A stretch of 64,000 bases of DNA from assembly GCA_013265495.1 (NCBI GenBank), contig MU057887.1:2451576-2515575 (forward strand). The letters run 5' to 3'. The position numbers and the translations under genes were made by a program. The stretch is from Vicugna vicugna. Its lineage: Eukaryota. A model generated the notes under the pieces. It ran no database searches and had not been told where the DNA came from. It saw nothing but the letters and a program-made list of their open reading frames with translations. Numbering within the stretch: position 1 is the stretch's first letter; each line of letters starts with the position of its first letter. Below are positions 25,386-36,679 of the stretch, one piece after another.

Positions 25386-25753
25386 CCCCCCAAAAGCTCC
25401 CTGCTGTTTAAGTCATTTTCCCAGGTTTAGTAAGTGGTGGGGGGAGCATGAAGGAGGCAGCTGGCTCCCGGCCCGAGGCCCCGGCCCCGTGTCGCCTGCT
25501 GCCCCCCACGCTCCCCCCCCGCCAGCCGGGCGCTCCCGCGTGGCGCTGGCCCCTTCACGGAGCTGGCGTTTCCCTAGCTGGCCCAGCTTCAGCTCTCGCA
25601 CGGCTCTCTGCTCCCGCCTGGGGAACACCCCACACGTCAAACCCGTTCCCGGCGTTCTCCATGGAGACGTTCGGGGCCCTCCTTTCTCCACAGTCTCAGT
25701 CCAAGCTCTCTCACTTAGGACCCAGGTGACAGTGACGCCCCTCAGACTGCAAC

Positions 25754-26253
25754 TGTTACCGGTCCAAACTTCTGCTCGCTGCATGACAGGCCCGTAAATC
25801 AAGAGATGGGGTGTTGGGACAAGGAAGAAGGACTTTATTCAGAGAGCCAGCAGACCAAGAAGATGGGGGACTAATGTCCTTGAGAATCACCTTCCTCAAG
25901 TCATAACTCAGGCTTTTTCTTTACACTGAAAAGGCGGTGGGGTGTGGCTGATCGCTGCAGACTTCTTGGTGTTGGAATCCTTTGTTCCTGCAGCCGTCCA
26001 CCTGGTCAGGTCACGGTGTCCCTGTGAACTTCCAGCAACACAAATGTGTTTTTCTATTCGGCCACTTAAAAAAAGTCTTTAAGTGAGTGGGAAAGTGCCA
26101 CACCCTTAAGGGTCAGAGCCACGAGAACGGGCTCTCCTGTGGGTTTCAGGCTACAGGCAACGTGCTTAACTTGCAGCAAACGCAGCAGAGTGCAGAGGCC
26201 AAGGTCAACGGAACAGGCCGAGTGTGGGGTCGGGTTTGCTCCCCTGCAGGACG
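25754..26253 (-). mobile_element. MER41-like ERV1 solo LTR (cetartiodactyl type), copy A
   Basis: TGTTACCGGTCCAAAC start, antisense polyA signal (CTTTATT), CTTCTTGGTGTTGGAATCCTTTGTTC, GGTCAGAGCC..GAGAACGGGCT. It is the reverse-complement homolog of 26709-27228. Confidence 0.85.
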
Positions 26254-26708
26254 TTCCCGCGTCCTCCCTCCCCGTCCACCCTGCCCAGCACTGTGGAAGC
26301 CCTGTCTTCCTCCCAAACGTTCCATTGGTCCCTTTCCCTTGAGATGACCCTCACATGGTCCCAAGCCCTCTACCCGCCCATTCATCTCTGTGGGTCCTTC
26401 GACCCAGATCCAGGACTGTCCCTCAGAGCCTGGCGAGCCCGCGCGCCCTCCTGCCTGCTCGACTCCTCCCCTTCTCCACTTCCCCAGACAGAAGCCATTT
26501 TTAAGACCACGCTGAAATGTCAGCTCTTCCACAAATGACCCGGAAGGAGTCCGTGCGCCCTCTGCGGTCCGCGCCCGGCACAGCGAGTGACGCTGCCCTC
26601 GGCCCTGGGGTAGCTGTTTCCGCGCGTTCGTGCTGGCCGGCCGCCTCGCTCGCCTGGTCCGGGCCCGGCGCACACCAGTGTGTGTGGCTCCGGGCAGTGC
26701 GGTCAGGG

Positions 26709-27228
26709 TGCAACAGGGAAGGACAAATGTGACCCCACGCTGCACCTGCCCCTTTGGCTCTGCCCTGGGCTCTGGGTCCCGGGCCCAGTCGGGCTGGTTC
26801 TGCTCCTCCTGTGAGAGAATGCCGCCTGGAGCCTGAGACCCACAGGAGGGCCGGTTCCCAGGGCTCTGACCTTTAAGGGTGTAGTGCCTTCCCATTCATT
26901 TAAAGATAAAAAGTTGCAAAGCAGAGGATAACAGGTGTCTTGTTGGAGGGTCACAGGACACTGTGACCTGACCCACGCGGACGGCTGCAAGAACAAAAGA
27001 TTCTAACACCAAGAAGTTTGCAACAACCAACCGCACCTCCTCCCCTTTTTTAGTATAAAAGGAACCTGAATTCTGACTTGGGGAAGATGGATCTCCAGGA
27101 CATTTATCCCCCATCTTCTCGGTCTGCCGGCTTCCCGAATGAAGTTCTGAATTCCTCGCCCCAACACCCCATCTCCCAATTCACTGGCCTGTTGTGCGGC
27201 GAGCAGAGCGAGTCTGGACTCAGTAATG
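26709..27228 (+). mobile_element. MER41-like ERV1 solo LTR, copy B
   Basis: Full length, TATA-like TATAAAA at ~27054, perfect 4-bp TSD AGGG (26705-26708 / 27229-27232). Confidence 0.88.
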
Positions 27229-27439
27229 AGGGCTCCCTGTTGGAGAGGCTCCCGGCCTCTGGCTGGGCTGCCCCACAAGCCCTTTCCCCCTCCCTTGGAC
27301 CGAAGGACAGAAGCAGGCACTGCGACTTCTGCGAGTGCCCCCTCAGTGCGCGCTCTCCCGAAGCCCCCGAGCCCTCCCGGGGCGTCTCCCTGAGTCTCTG
27401 GCGCCTCCGGCCCACCCTGGAGTGTTCACGTCTGCAACT

Positions 27440-27523
27440 GCATCGGAGATTCAGCCCAGCTTCTTCCTCACCCCTACCTCTCAGCACACTTCTGGGAACT
27501 GCACAGGTGCTTAATAAATGCTC
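27440..27523 (+). mobile_element. L2 3' end remnant
   Basis: CAGCACACTTCTGGGAACTGCACAGGTGCTTAATAAATGCT. Confidence 0.5.
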
Positions 27524-27524
27524 C

Positions 27525-27970
27525 CCGATAAAGAGGATTAGATAATTTATGACCAAAGATGGAGAATAATTGCCGATGAGAATTACACACTAATAACGCA
27601 AAGAGCTCTGAGTTCATCTTGAAGTTTCTCTCTTGACCTGATTCTCAGCAAGGGGAACATAAAATCAAAGGTCGGCCTCGTTAGCTGGATGGCAGTGAGC
27701 TGTGAAGCTTCAATCGGCAGCCGGGGAAGGCTGATTACACAGATTAGAAATGCGCTTCTAGTGGGCACTTTTATCCAGCGAGAGGGGAAGGATGAAACGG
27801 GGCCCATGAATCCTCTGATATGTCCCTGTCTTTCTTCCCTACCTTCACGGGCTCGGCTGGGAGTCTGCCCTTTTCATTCAAGCGTAGCTTCAATATTTGG
27901 ACGGGGGCTCCTCCCTCCTTGGATGAAGATGCCGGGTCCCCCTTTTAATGGTGGTCTTCAGACCTCCAGA
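27525..27970. promoter_or_regulatory. candidate conserved non-coding element / enhancer
   Basis: Unique sequence with TAATTTATGA (27543-27552), further TAAT/ATTA cores and ATCAAAG (27664-27670). Confidence 0.45.
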
Positions 27971-28449
27971 TGAGCTGCCTGATGGCTGGGGTCATTGTTG
28001 ACATGGTGGGAAACACACATTTCACCACCTACACGTTATCTGGAAGCTTCTCAAGAGAGGGTCGAGCATCTGACTCAGGTACGGGTCTAACACGGGATGA
28101 GGCACGGCTGATGCCCAGGTTCACCATTCCCCCCAGGTGATAGGGTGAGGACTACGTCTTTCTCGCTCACTTACGTGAAGCCTCCAGTCCTCTTCCTGGG
28201 AGATGCCCCACCCACTGAGCTCTCAAAGCCGCCAGCCTGGCTTGGGGTCACCGCCTCCATCTCCCCGAATACCAGGCCCATTCACTGTGACATCAGTGGC
28301 ATTGACGTTTGGTGCCGGCATAATTCAAGAATAAACAAAAATAGCCCAGGACTCCATCCCCCCCAAGTTGGCTGGGAGCCCTGGGCAGTAGGGTGTCCAG
28401 GGTCCACCTCAGGGTCCTGGGCTGTCCCCTTGCTCCGGGAGGTTTGTTT

Positions 28450-28565
28450 AGGGAAGGAAGAGAAGATGGAGGAGGGAAGGAGAAGAGAAGGGAGCGGGGA
28501 GGGGGGAAGAGAAGGAAGAGGGGGAAGGAGGTAATAAGCAGGAGGAGAGAAGGAGGGAAGGAGAC
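28450..28565. repeat. GA-rich low-complexity tract
   Basis: Near-pure polypurine run (GGAA/GAGG/AGAA). Confidence 0.85.
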
Positions 28566-28841
28566 TTACAGGGAGTCGAGTCCAGTAACTGAAACCTTGA
28601 CAGCATCTCAGGTGCCATGCGGCGCGCCCGGTCTCAGCTTCCCAAAATGCACACTAATTAATGAGGCGCATGTGCTATCAGTTGTGTATAAATAATTACA
28701 GGTCCTTAACAACATACACTAATTATATGCCCACTTAAACGTGTGTGTACAGGGGCGTGTAAATGTGGCTCTTGTGTGACACCCATGTGAGCTGTTTGTG
28801 ACTGAGAATGGCTCCTCCAGGACCCCAGCTGCAGCCACAGT

Positions 28842-29207
28842 GGGTCAGGAGTAAGGGGTNNNNNNNNNNNNNNNNNNNNNNNNNNNNNNNNNNNNNNNNN
28901 NNNNNNNNNNNNNNNNNNNNNNNNNNNNNNNNNNNNNNNNNNNNNNNNNNNNNNNNNNNNNNNNNNNNNNNNNNNNNNNNNNNNNNNNNNNNNNNNNNNN
29001 NNNNNNNNNNNNNNNNNNNNNNNNNNNNNNNNNNNNNNNNNNNNNNNNNNNNNNNNNNNNNNNNNNNNNNNNNNNNNNNNNNNNNNNNNNNNNNNNNNNN
29101 NNNNNNNNNNNNNNGGAGTGAGGGGTGGGGGGCGTAGTCGGGGGTCGGGAGTGAGGGGTGGGGGCCGTAGACGGGGGTCGGGAGTGAGGGGTGGGGGGCG
29201 TAGTCGG
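28842..29207. repeat. 33-bp G-rich minisatellite (VNTR) spanning the assembly gap
   Basis: Units GGAGTGAGGGGTGGGGGGCGTAGTCGGGGGTCG at 29115-29147, 29148-29180 and a partial unit at 29181-29207. Related GGGTCAGGAGTAAGGGGT lies left of the gap. Confidence 0.9.
28860..29114. other. assembly gap (255 N)
   Basis: Run of N. Confidence 1.
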
Positions 29208-29967
29208 CTGCCTTGTTCACAGTGCTTGGGAAGACCTGCCCTTCATTGCACAGAATCAATATTTGTACAGTTGGTTCACTGTAAAATTTCATTGTTATGA
29301 GGTGACACGTTTTCCTCACTGGTCCCCAAAGGGATATAAAAACCCAACAGTGAAAGTGACGTGATGAGGGAAGGCAGTAGGTGACAATCATCGAGTGATT
29401 AGGACACACACAGCTGTGGCGGGAGCCATCCCCTTTTTCCCACGTGGCCCCGTGGGGTGGGAACAGCTACCACGCCCACCTCACAGAGGTCTTCCCCAAG
29501 GGCCGCTGTCCTGAGCGGAGGCAGAGACGTGGCCTGGCTGTCGATCCCGGGTCTGTGCTCTCAGAAGCTGGGACCACACATTCCAGCACCTTCTGCTGTG
29601 ACCCTTGGAGTCTCAAGTCCTGGAAAGGCACGTGCTGGGAACCAGAGGTTTCTTCCCACCGGCCCCGGTGTTTGTGTATGTGGTGGGCGTTGACATGAGT
29701 TAACATTACAAAGTACAAAATGTAACATTTTTCATCCCCAGAGTTCATTTTCTATGTCCTGAGGCACCAAGGAATTGTCCACAACCACAGAGCTGTTTAG
29801 GATCAACGCTAGTCCCGGGGCCAAGTCACCAGCCGTTCTGCCCCACACCCCTGCGAGGCTGCGTGTCCAGTGCATAATTCTGACCCCCTGAAACCTACCC
29901 TTCCTTGACTCTATTGGCGCAGGTCAGTCCTAGGTAGACTTGTCTCCAGTTCTCAATTCAGAAGTCC

Positions 29968-30618
29968 ATGTGACCTGCTCATCCCACTTCCCGGCATGTA
30001 TCCAGAGGGATCTTACTTCAGAAAGACACCTGTGCCCCAGTGTTCATAGCAGCACTATTCACAACAGCCAAGACATGGAGACAGCCTAAATGTCCAGTAA
30101 CTACAGATGACTGGATAAAGAAGATGTGGTATATCTATACAGTGAAATACTGCTCAGCCATAAAAAACAACACAGCAGCATTTGCAGCAACATGGATGTA
30201 CTTGGAGAATGTCATTCTAAATGAAGTAAGCCAGAAAGAGAAAGAAAAATACCATATGAGATCACTCATACGTGGACTCTAAAACAAAACAGAACAGAAC
30301 AGAACAGAAATACAAAACAGAAACAGACTCATAGACATAGAATACAAACTTGTGGTTGCCAAGGGGGCAGGGGGTGGGAAGGGACAGGCTGGGAGCTCAA
30401 AATTTGCAGATACTGACAGGCATATGAAGACTAGATAAACAAGATTATACTGTACAGCACAGGGAAACATATACAAGATCTGGTGGTAGCTCACAGCAAA
30501 GAAAAGTGGCAATGAATATATATATATGTTCATGTATAACTGAATAATCATGCTCTACACTGGAAATTGACACAACATTGTAAACTGACTATAACTCAGT
30601 AAAAAACAAAAACAAAAA
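29968..30618 (+). mobile_element. young 5'-truncated L1 with complete 3' UTR and A-rich tail (camelid-like)
   Basis: ORF 30040-30282 MFIAALFTTAKTWRQPKCP..WIKKMWYIYT..FAATWMYLE is the ORF2 C-terminus. Tail AAAAAACAAAAACAAAAA; TSD CAGAAGTCC at 29959-29967 / 30619-30627. Confidence 0.95.
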
Positions 30619-31002
30619 CAGAAGTCCCTTTCCATTTCTGGTGCTAAAACACATATTTTCTACTAATTGTTATAGTGACCTTTTTCTAAGATGCAGCATC
30701 AGACGCCAGGAGTCCCACCACTGGTTCCACTGGCAGGATCACCCCCGGAGCAGACCCAGAGGGGAGCACCATGGATGGAGGAAATTGTGGGAGGCCCCCG
30801 GGGTGACCGCCAACCTGGCCAGGCCTGGCTGTGGGAGCTGGTGTTGCCCTGTACCTGCTCCTCCAACATGGACTTGAGCTGGACAGTGAGGGTTCCCATT
30901 CTCGCTGCCCCTAGAAGCTCAGGTCCAGATCCCAGGAGGAAACCATGGAAACACGGATGCTTATTCTTGTAAGAAGCTGAGAAAAGCCAGTAGCAGCCAA
31001 AC

Positions 31003-31614
31003 TGAGACAGGAGGGAAGGAGACAGGGCACAGCTATTCAAGGAACGACACCAACACCAAAGTGGCAGAGATTCAACCCCCAACATGACTTGAGGCCAAAG
31101 CCGGCAGAAGAGTTGACTTCTAGTCTAACTTGAGCCTCCTTACACCCTCACTGCAATATATTAACATGATAAACGGCGCTCCCACAGGCGCCGTGACAGT
31201 TCCGAGGCCGCCCATAAAAGGCGGTGGCCCAGTTCCTGAGAATCCCAGCCTCTCCCCCCAAAGTAGTGGACTATCCTTTCACTTGCTAGCACGTGAAGTT
31301 ACTGAGCCCACAAAACCAGCCACCCCGCGCCTCGTGGCCGCCCTCCCTCGAGTGAGATGGCCACACTCTGCCTACGGAGCGTGCACCTACTGCTCCCCAC
31401 GCTGAGCGCCCACCCTGACGCCTCGCGGCCGCGCTGGCCTTCTGTCTGTGGAGTGTGTATCTCTCTGAACGCATCTACCTTTAATCAGCTGTGCCTCGCT
31501 CTTGAATTCCTTCCTGCGTGAAGCCAAGGACCCACGTTCGGCAGGGCATGCCCCAGGGGCTCAGCCGAGACCTGGAACACGCCCATCCTCTGGCCCCACA
31601 TTTTTTCTGTATTG
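31003..31614 (+). mobile_element. ERV1-class solo LTR (MER4/LTR8/LTR39-group-like)
   Basis: Starts TGAGACAGGAGGGAAGG; CCCACAGGCGCCGTGACAGTTCC and CTCGCTCTTGAATTCCTTCCTGCGTGAAGCCAAGGACCC blocks; 4-bp TSD AAAC (30999-31002) / AAAT (31615-31618). Confidence 0.82.
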
Positions 31615-31819
31615 AAATGACTTCCAGGGAACAGGGGAGTAATAACCTGGACAGTGCCTGCCCACAGCCCCTGCTCCCGGGGGCACCCAAGGGGGCATTC
31701 AGGCTTCACGGACAGGTTACCACGTCTGGGACGTCCCACGCCGAGGCTGACTCACCACCCCATCCTCTGAGCCTCCTGTGCTCACATGGCCTGGTCCTGA
31801 CCTTCCCCTGGGGGAAGGT

Positions 31820-32480
31820 GAGCTGAAGTAACAGGCATTTGAACACAGCTATTTCAGAAGAAGAACAGAGAAAATGGATTTTAGGTGGCACTAGAAATGA
31901 AAATACGAGAACCGATCAAAAAATTAAAATTCATCTAATAAATGTCTTTCCTGCACCAAGCGTTGCTGTTGAAAAATCTATTTATCTTATGCTCGTTCCT
32001 TTGTGAGTGAGGTGTTCTTTCTGTAACCTTTTAAAATTTCCCTTTTTGTCCATTTTATATGTTAATATTGCCATAATATGTGGATATATAAGATGACGAT
32101 GGGGTAGTGTGTTCAAAGTATTAAAGGAAAGCACTTCAAATTTGGAAAATAGTATTTTTCTCCAAATAGATTGTCATTCAAATAGGAGGGCTTAATAAGG
32201 CATTCAAGAGCTCAGAAGCTTTGTCACACAAAGAACCACAATGAAAATAGCTTTTTTTTTAAATAAAAAAGGAGATGTTAAAAGCGATATCTGAGATAAA
32301 GATAGTCAAGCATCTTGGGAAACTTGGGTGTTCTTAAGAAAATAAGGGAAAACCAAAACCACGTGAAAAGAGAAAATATACCCCAGATAACTTGGAGTTA
32401 AGGGTATAGACACAGCCAATATGATGGGGGCTTTGGCAAAGCCTCAGCATTAGACACAAGAGCCTGCTGAGGCTTGTGTC
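31820..32480 (+). mobile_element. ancient L1M/HAL1 ORF1 remnant with an internal inverted segment (~31940-32082)
   Basis: Sense ORF1-like blocks (CTAGAAATGAAAATA, GTGTTCAAAGTATTAAAGGAAA) flank an antisense block GTTGCTGTTGAAAAATCT..GTTCCTTTGTGAGTGA. Confidence 0.6.
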
Positions 32481-33248
32481 TGCGGTATAACGAAGAATAA
32501 ATATTAACCCCCACCCAGCTCCTTAAACTCCCCGGAGCTGTCGGGCCGATAAGCACATCCTTCACACGCTAATGAGATGACTAGTGGTGGGGCCAGCAGA
32601 CAGCTTCGGGGGGGCTGGTCCCCAGAGAGGTCCCGGCATGACTAGAGGGTTGGAATTTTCAGCCCCAGTCACAACCTCCAGGGAGAGGAGAGGAGCTGGA
32701 GATGGCACGCCCTCATCAAAGGCCGATGACTTAGTCAGTCTTGTTCTCAAAAGGAAATCTCCATGAAACCCCTAAAGAATAGAGGTCCGCCCCTGGGCTG
32801 GTGCACCTGCGGAGGTGCTGGGAGGGCCGGGCCCCACCGAGGACGCGGAGGCTCCGCAGACGCTGCCCCAGTCCTTCCCTGTGCCTGCCCCCACGACGGC
32901 TACTCTGGAGCTGGATCCTTCACCATCACCTGCCAGAGACGCGCAGCGTGTTCTGAGTGAGGGCTGTGCTCACGCATTATTGAGCCCAAAGAGGGTCGCG
33001 GGAGCCGCAGATTCGCAGTGACTGAATGGCGTTGTTGGGGCCGGCAGCCTGGGCGCCCACTTTGAGCTGGCGTCTGAGGTGGGGCGGCCTGGCGGGACTG
33101 AGCCCGGGGCCTGAGGGGTGCGTGCTAAGTCTAGGGGGCTCACGTCAGCAGTGAGCTATGTCGTAGGGCATCCAGTTGGTGTCAGAGAGGTGCAGCAGAG
33201 CTGTTGTAAAGACACCATGTATTTGTCATCAGGAGGAAAAAACCCTCA
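32481..33248 (+). mobile_element. MER21-like solo LTR
   Basis: TG...CA termini, GCTAATGAGATGACT, GACTAGAGGGTTGGAATTTTCAGCCCCA, CCTCCAGGGAGAGGAGAGGAGCTGGAGAT; perfect 5-bp TSD GTGTC (32476-32480 / 33249-33253). Confidence 0.9.
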
Positions 33249-34194
33249 GTGTCTTATTAGCAAATGACAAATATATTAATTTTAAAAAGAAGAAAGAAAA
33301 ATACATAAATAGTGGACAGATTTTAATTAATTATGATCAATGGAAATAATAAAATATATCAGCAAGCATAATAAATGTAAGTAAACTCACTGAACAAGTT
33401 ATGAAAAGATAAATTGTCTGAAGACCAGAAATCCATATATAAGCTGTTACTATTAACAGAACTAAAATATGAATTTATGCAACGACTGAGAGTAACGAGA
33501 AAAAAATCCTGGAAAATATGAAGCTGATAAATTTGGCATGGCAACATTTTAATATCTAATAAAACAAACCTTGAAGGAAAAATGTGTTATTGGAAATGCA
33601 TTTACTACGCACTTTTGGAAAGCTTTACTTCACCAAGAGAACTCGTGGTTTTCCTACTAGCTGTAGGAAAAGCTTCAGCATCCAGTCATGTTGAAGGAAA
33701 CAAAACAAAACAAAACAAACAAAAAATACTCCTAGCAAGCTAGAGACTGAGGGAACTTCTCTAATCAAATAAAGAATATTTGTAAATAAAAATACCTTAG
33801 AGCAAATACTATGTTTAGTCTTTCACACTGAAATAGGAGTTGGGAAAGGGGCAAACACCCTGCTATACGAACTTGCATTCAGCATTGCAATAGTGGCCGT
33901 AGCTGGAGTAATATGGCAAGAAAAAGTTAAATAAATTCACATGAATTGGAAAGGAAGAAACAGATCTGTTATTTTAGATGACATGTTTATGTATTTGGAA
34001 GACTCTAAACTATTAGAATTAAGAAGCAAATTTTACAAAGATGCTGGATAAGAGTAAAATACACAGTCTAACATATTTTGCCTATTCAGAACAAAGAAAT
34101 ATAAAAAATTAAATGACTTTTTTCCTATAGCATCACACAAATTCAAATACCTAAAAATGAAGCTAATCAAAGATGTAAACAAATTTTTCATCAG

Positions 34195-34404
34195 TGCCAC
34201 AGAAAGCCCAGGCTGTGAAATGTTTGTCACCAGTTTACGAGGAGATAAAAATGTAAGATTAGGTGTGTAGAAACTTCTATGGCAAGTTTGACATCGCCAC
34301 AATATTTTCATTTTGCTTTGCAAACATACCGCGTTAGAAACTTGAAAAACAAAACGAAGCAAAAACATGCTGGTTCTTCACCACAGATAATTTAAGAAGC
34401 ACTG
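34195..34404. mobile_element. hAT-Charlie-type DNA transposon fragment (MER119-like) inside the L1
   Basis: Terminus CTGGTTCTTCACCACAGATAATTTAAGAAGCACTG resembles a Charlie-type TIR end. L1 homology is interrupted here. Confidence 0.5.
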
Positions 34405-34550
34405 TTGCATCCTAAAGCCTCTAATATTTTTGAAAATAATGAAAGGACCACATACATAGAGAAGTGATCCATGCCTTTTAACCAGAAGACTCAATAATGT
34501 TAACACGACCATCTTCCTAAACTAACCAATGCAACCCCAGGAGAATGAGA

Positions 34551-34573
34551 GTGTGTGTGTGTGTGTGTGTGTG
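34551..34573. repeat. (GT)n microsatellite
   Basis: About 11 GT units. Confidence 0.95.
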
Positions 34574-36239
34574 CAGAAATTCATGCACTGTGTCTGAAGT
34601 TTAGATGGACATACAAAAGGCCAAGAATAACTGTGGCAACTGGAAGGGAAGGGACAAAGCTGAACCACTGGCAACTCTACATGAGAAATTCTATCGTCAA
34701 ATTGTATTAACTGAGACGGTGGAGGGATGGTGCGGGATGTTGCACGACGGATGAACAGACCAATGGAACCAAACCGTTCAGAAACAAATCCCCATGTTTA
34801 CAAGCCCTGACTTGTGGAGAAGGTCACACTGCAGCGGGATGGAAACATACAGGCTTTTTAACGCTTGGCCAACAGGACATCTGTGAGGAAGTGAGACTCA
34901 GTCTCACTTCATACCATATGCAAACACCAACTAGAGATGATTTTTTAACACTAAATATAAAAGTTTAAAACAAGAAGATTTTGGAGGGAAACATAGAAGG
35001 CCATCTGTATGGCCCTGGAGCAGGTAACAATCTTAAACTTAATATAAAAATTGCTAAAAATGAAGGAAAAAGAATGGCTGTGCTTCCTCATGTTAAAATT
35101 AGGAGCACCTGCTCACCAGATGACATGGTTAATAGAAGTGAAAGTCAAGAAACGGAGTGGGAGGAAGTTCTTGATGTGCAGGTAACACACGCAATGCGCA
35201 GAGCACGTGGACTTGTGTCTAGAGCTTAGTGAAAAATACATTCAAATTAACAATATAAAGGCAGGCAACTCAAAATCAAATTAGGCCAAAGACTGAAGAG
35301 ATCCTGCTTAAAAATAAGCACTCACACGGTCAGTAAAGCACTCACACATGCAAATCCACTGCTCTTCATTAGTCGTCCCAGAAATGCAAATGAGAGCACA
35401 AACCAGCGGACACGGATTAGCGAGCGTTACCAGGAGGGTGGGCAGAGAAAGAGCTCGCAAAGGTTGAAATGCAGGAATCACTGTCAAGTGAGAAATACTG
35501 GCGGACACTGGAAATAAGATAAAGACAGCGTTTCAGACCACGGTGATGACACACAGATTGAAATAGGTAAGGGGGGGTGTGTGGACTCCCCATCTGCACA
35601 TGATAGAAACAGGGAAGACACAGGTGAACAGAAAGCACGCTGCCACCAATAAAAATATAAAGGTATCGTGGTAAAGAGGCAAGTCCTCAAAACACAGCAC
35701 ATCCAAGCAGTCTCAGGATTATCAAGTGAGGATTGGGGTATTTGAACATGAACCCCCCCAAAAAAGAAAAAAAAATCTCCCACAGCCAGAGTCACCTTGT
35801 AACCACCTCCTCACTATTACCCAGAGTCAGAAAGAGGTTCTCAACATGAAAATATTTCCAAAAAAACCCTCAAGATTCAACCTCATGAAACCAATGACAA
35901 ATAGTGTTTCTTATGATTGTGCTTTAAAGAAATAGATAAATTTTCCTTTTGTGATTACTTTTGTCATATGCGGTGTTTATCTTATTTCTAATACTTTAGT
36001 CTATTAATTTTTCTCCTAATAATTTACAGAACTGCAGTATGTGCTTAGCTTTATTTCTGCTGTTACATTTCAGTTGATTTTTAAAATGTATTTTATCATT
36101 TTTGGTATTTATATCATTTAGTTTCAATTTTTTTTTTAGTAAATTTTGAACACTTAGACTGTCTGCATTTTGGCCTTGCATAAAATACTCAAATGCTAGC
36201 ATTGTCACTCCATTACAGTCTTGGCATCGTCACTGCCCC

Positions 36240-36650
36240 TGCCCCCACTACATTTCAGCCACACTGGCCCCCTGGCTGGGCCTCCCCATGCACAGTCATC
36301 GCGGGCCGGCCGTGGCGCTTGCTCGCCACTGTGCAGGCATGTGTTAGTTGAATATTCAAGCATCACCTCTCTGTGCATCAGGTTTTTACTATGTGCCATC
36401 ATCCCAGAGAAGCAGTCCTGACCATCCTTTCAGAAGAGATCCACTGTCACTCTCCACTCCTGCCAGCACCCTGTTTCATTTGTCTTAATGGAATTAATCG
36501 ACCTGCATTTCAATAATGTATTTGTTGCTCATTATCTGACTCCCTCATTAAAATAAATCACCATAAAAGCAGGGATATTGTCAGGGTTGGGACAGAACTG
36601 CACTGGCACAGAGTAAAATCCAATACGCATTCATTAAATAAATGAATGAG
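36240..36650 (+). mobile_element. L2a-like LINE 3' end
   Basis: TTCAGCCACACTGGCC, CCATAAAAGCAGGGATATTGTC, CTGGCACAGAGTAAAATCCAATACGCATTCATTAAATAAATGAATGA. Confidence 0.75.
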
Positions 36651-36679
36651 CATTACCGGCAGGGGCATGGTGGGGGGTG

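Larger units (their letters stand above)
28580..29420. promoter_or_regulatory. candidate enhancer block interrupted by a VNTR and gap
   Basis: TAATTA x3 (28655, 28693, 28720), CATTGTT (29290-29296), AGGTGACA x2 (29300, 29379). Confidence 0.4.
33254..35700 (+). mobile_element. ancient L1M ORF2 remnant (EN, RT and C-terminal pieces)
   Basis: A-rich sense strand; TGGCAAGAAAAAG..AATTGGAAAGGAAGAAAC..TTAGATGACATGTTTATGTATTTGGAA is a decayed RT xxDD region; later AGACCAATGGAAC and AGAAATGCAAAT blocks. Confidence 0.75.

Noticed and set aside
28735..29409. 224-aa ORF with PHPSLPTP repeats, or a CRISPR-like array
   Set aside because: It is the translation of the 33-bp minisatellite plus N gap. The units are contiguous with no unique spacers, there are no cas genes, and the DNA is eukaryotic.
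35840..36210. Very AT-rich block as a DNA transposon remnant
   Set aside because: Plausible, but no TIR or family-specific motif was recognised.
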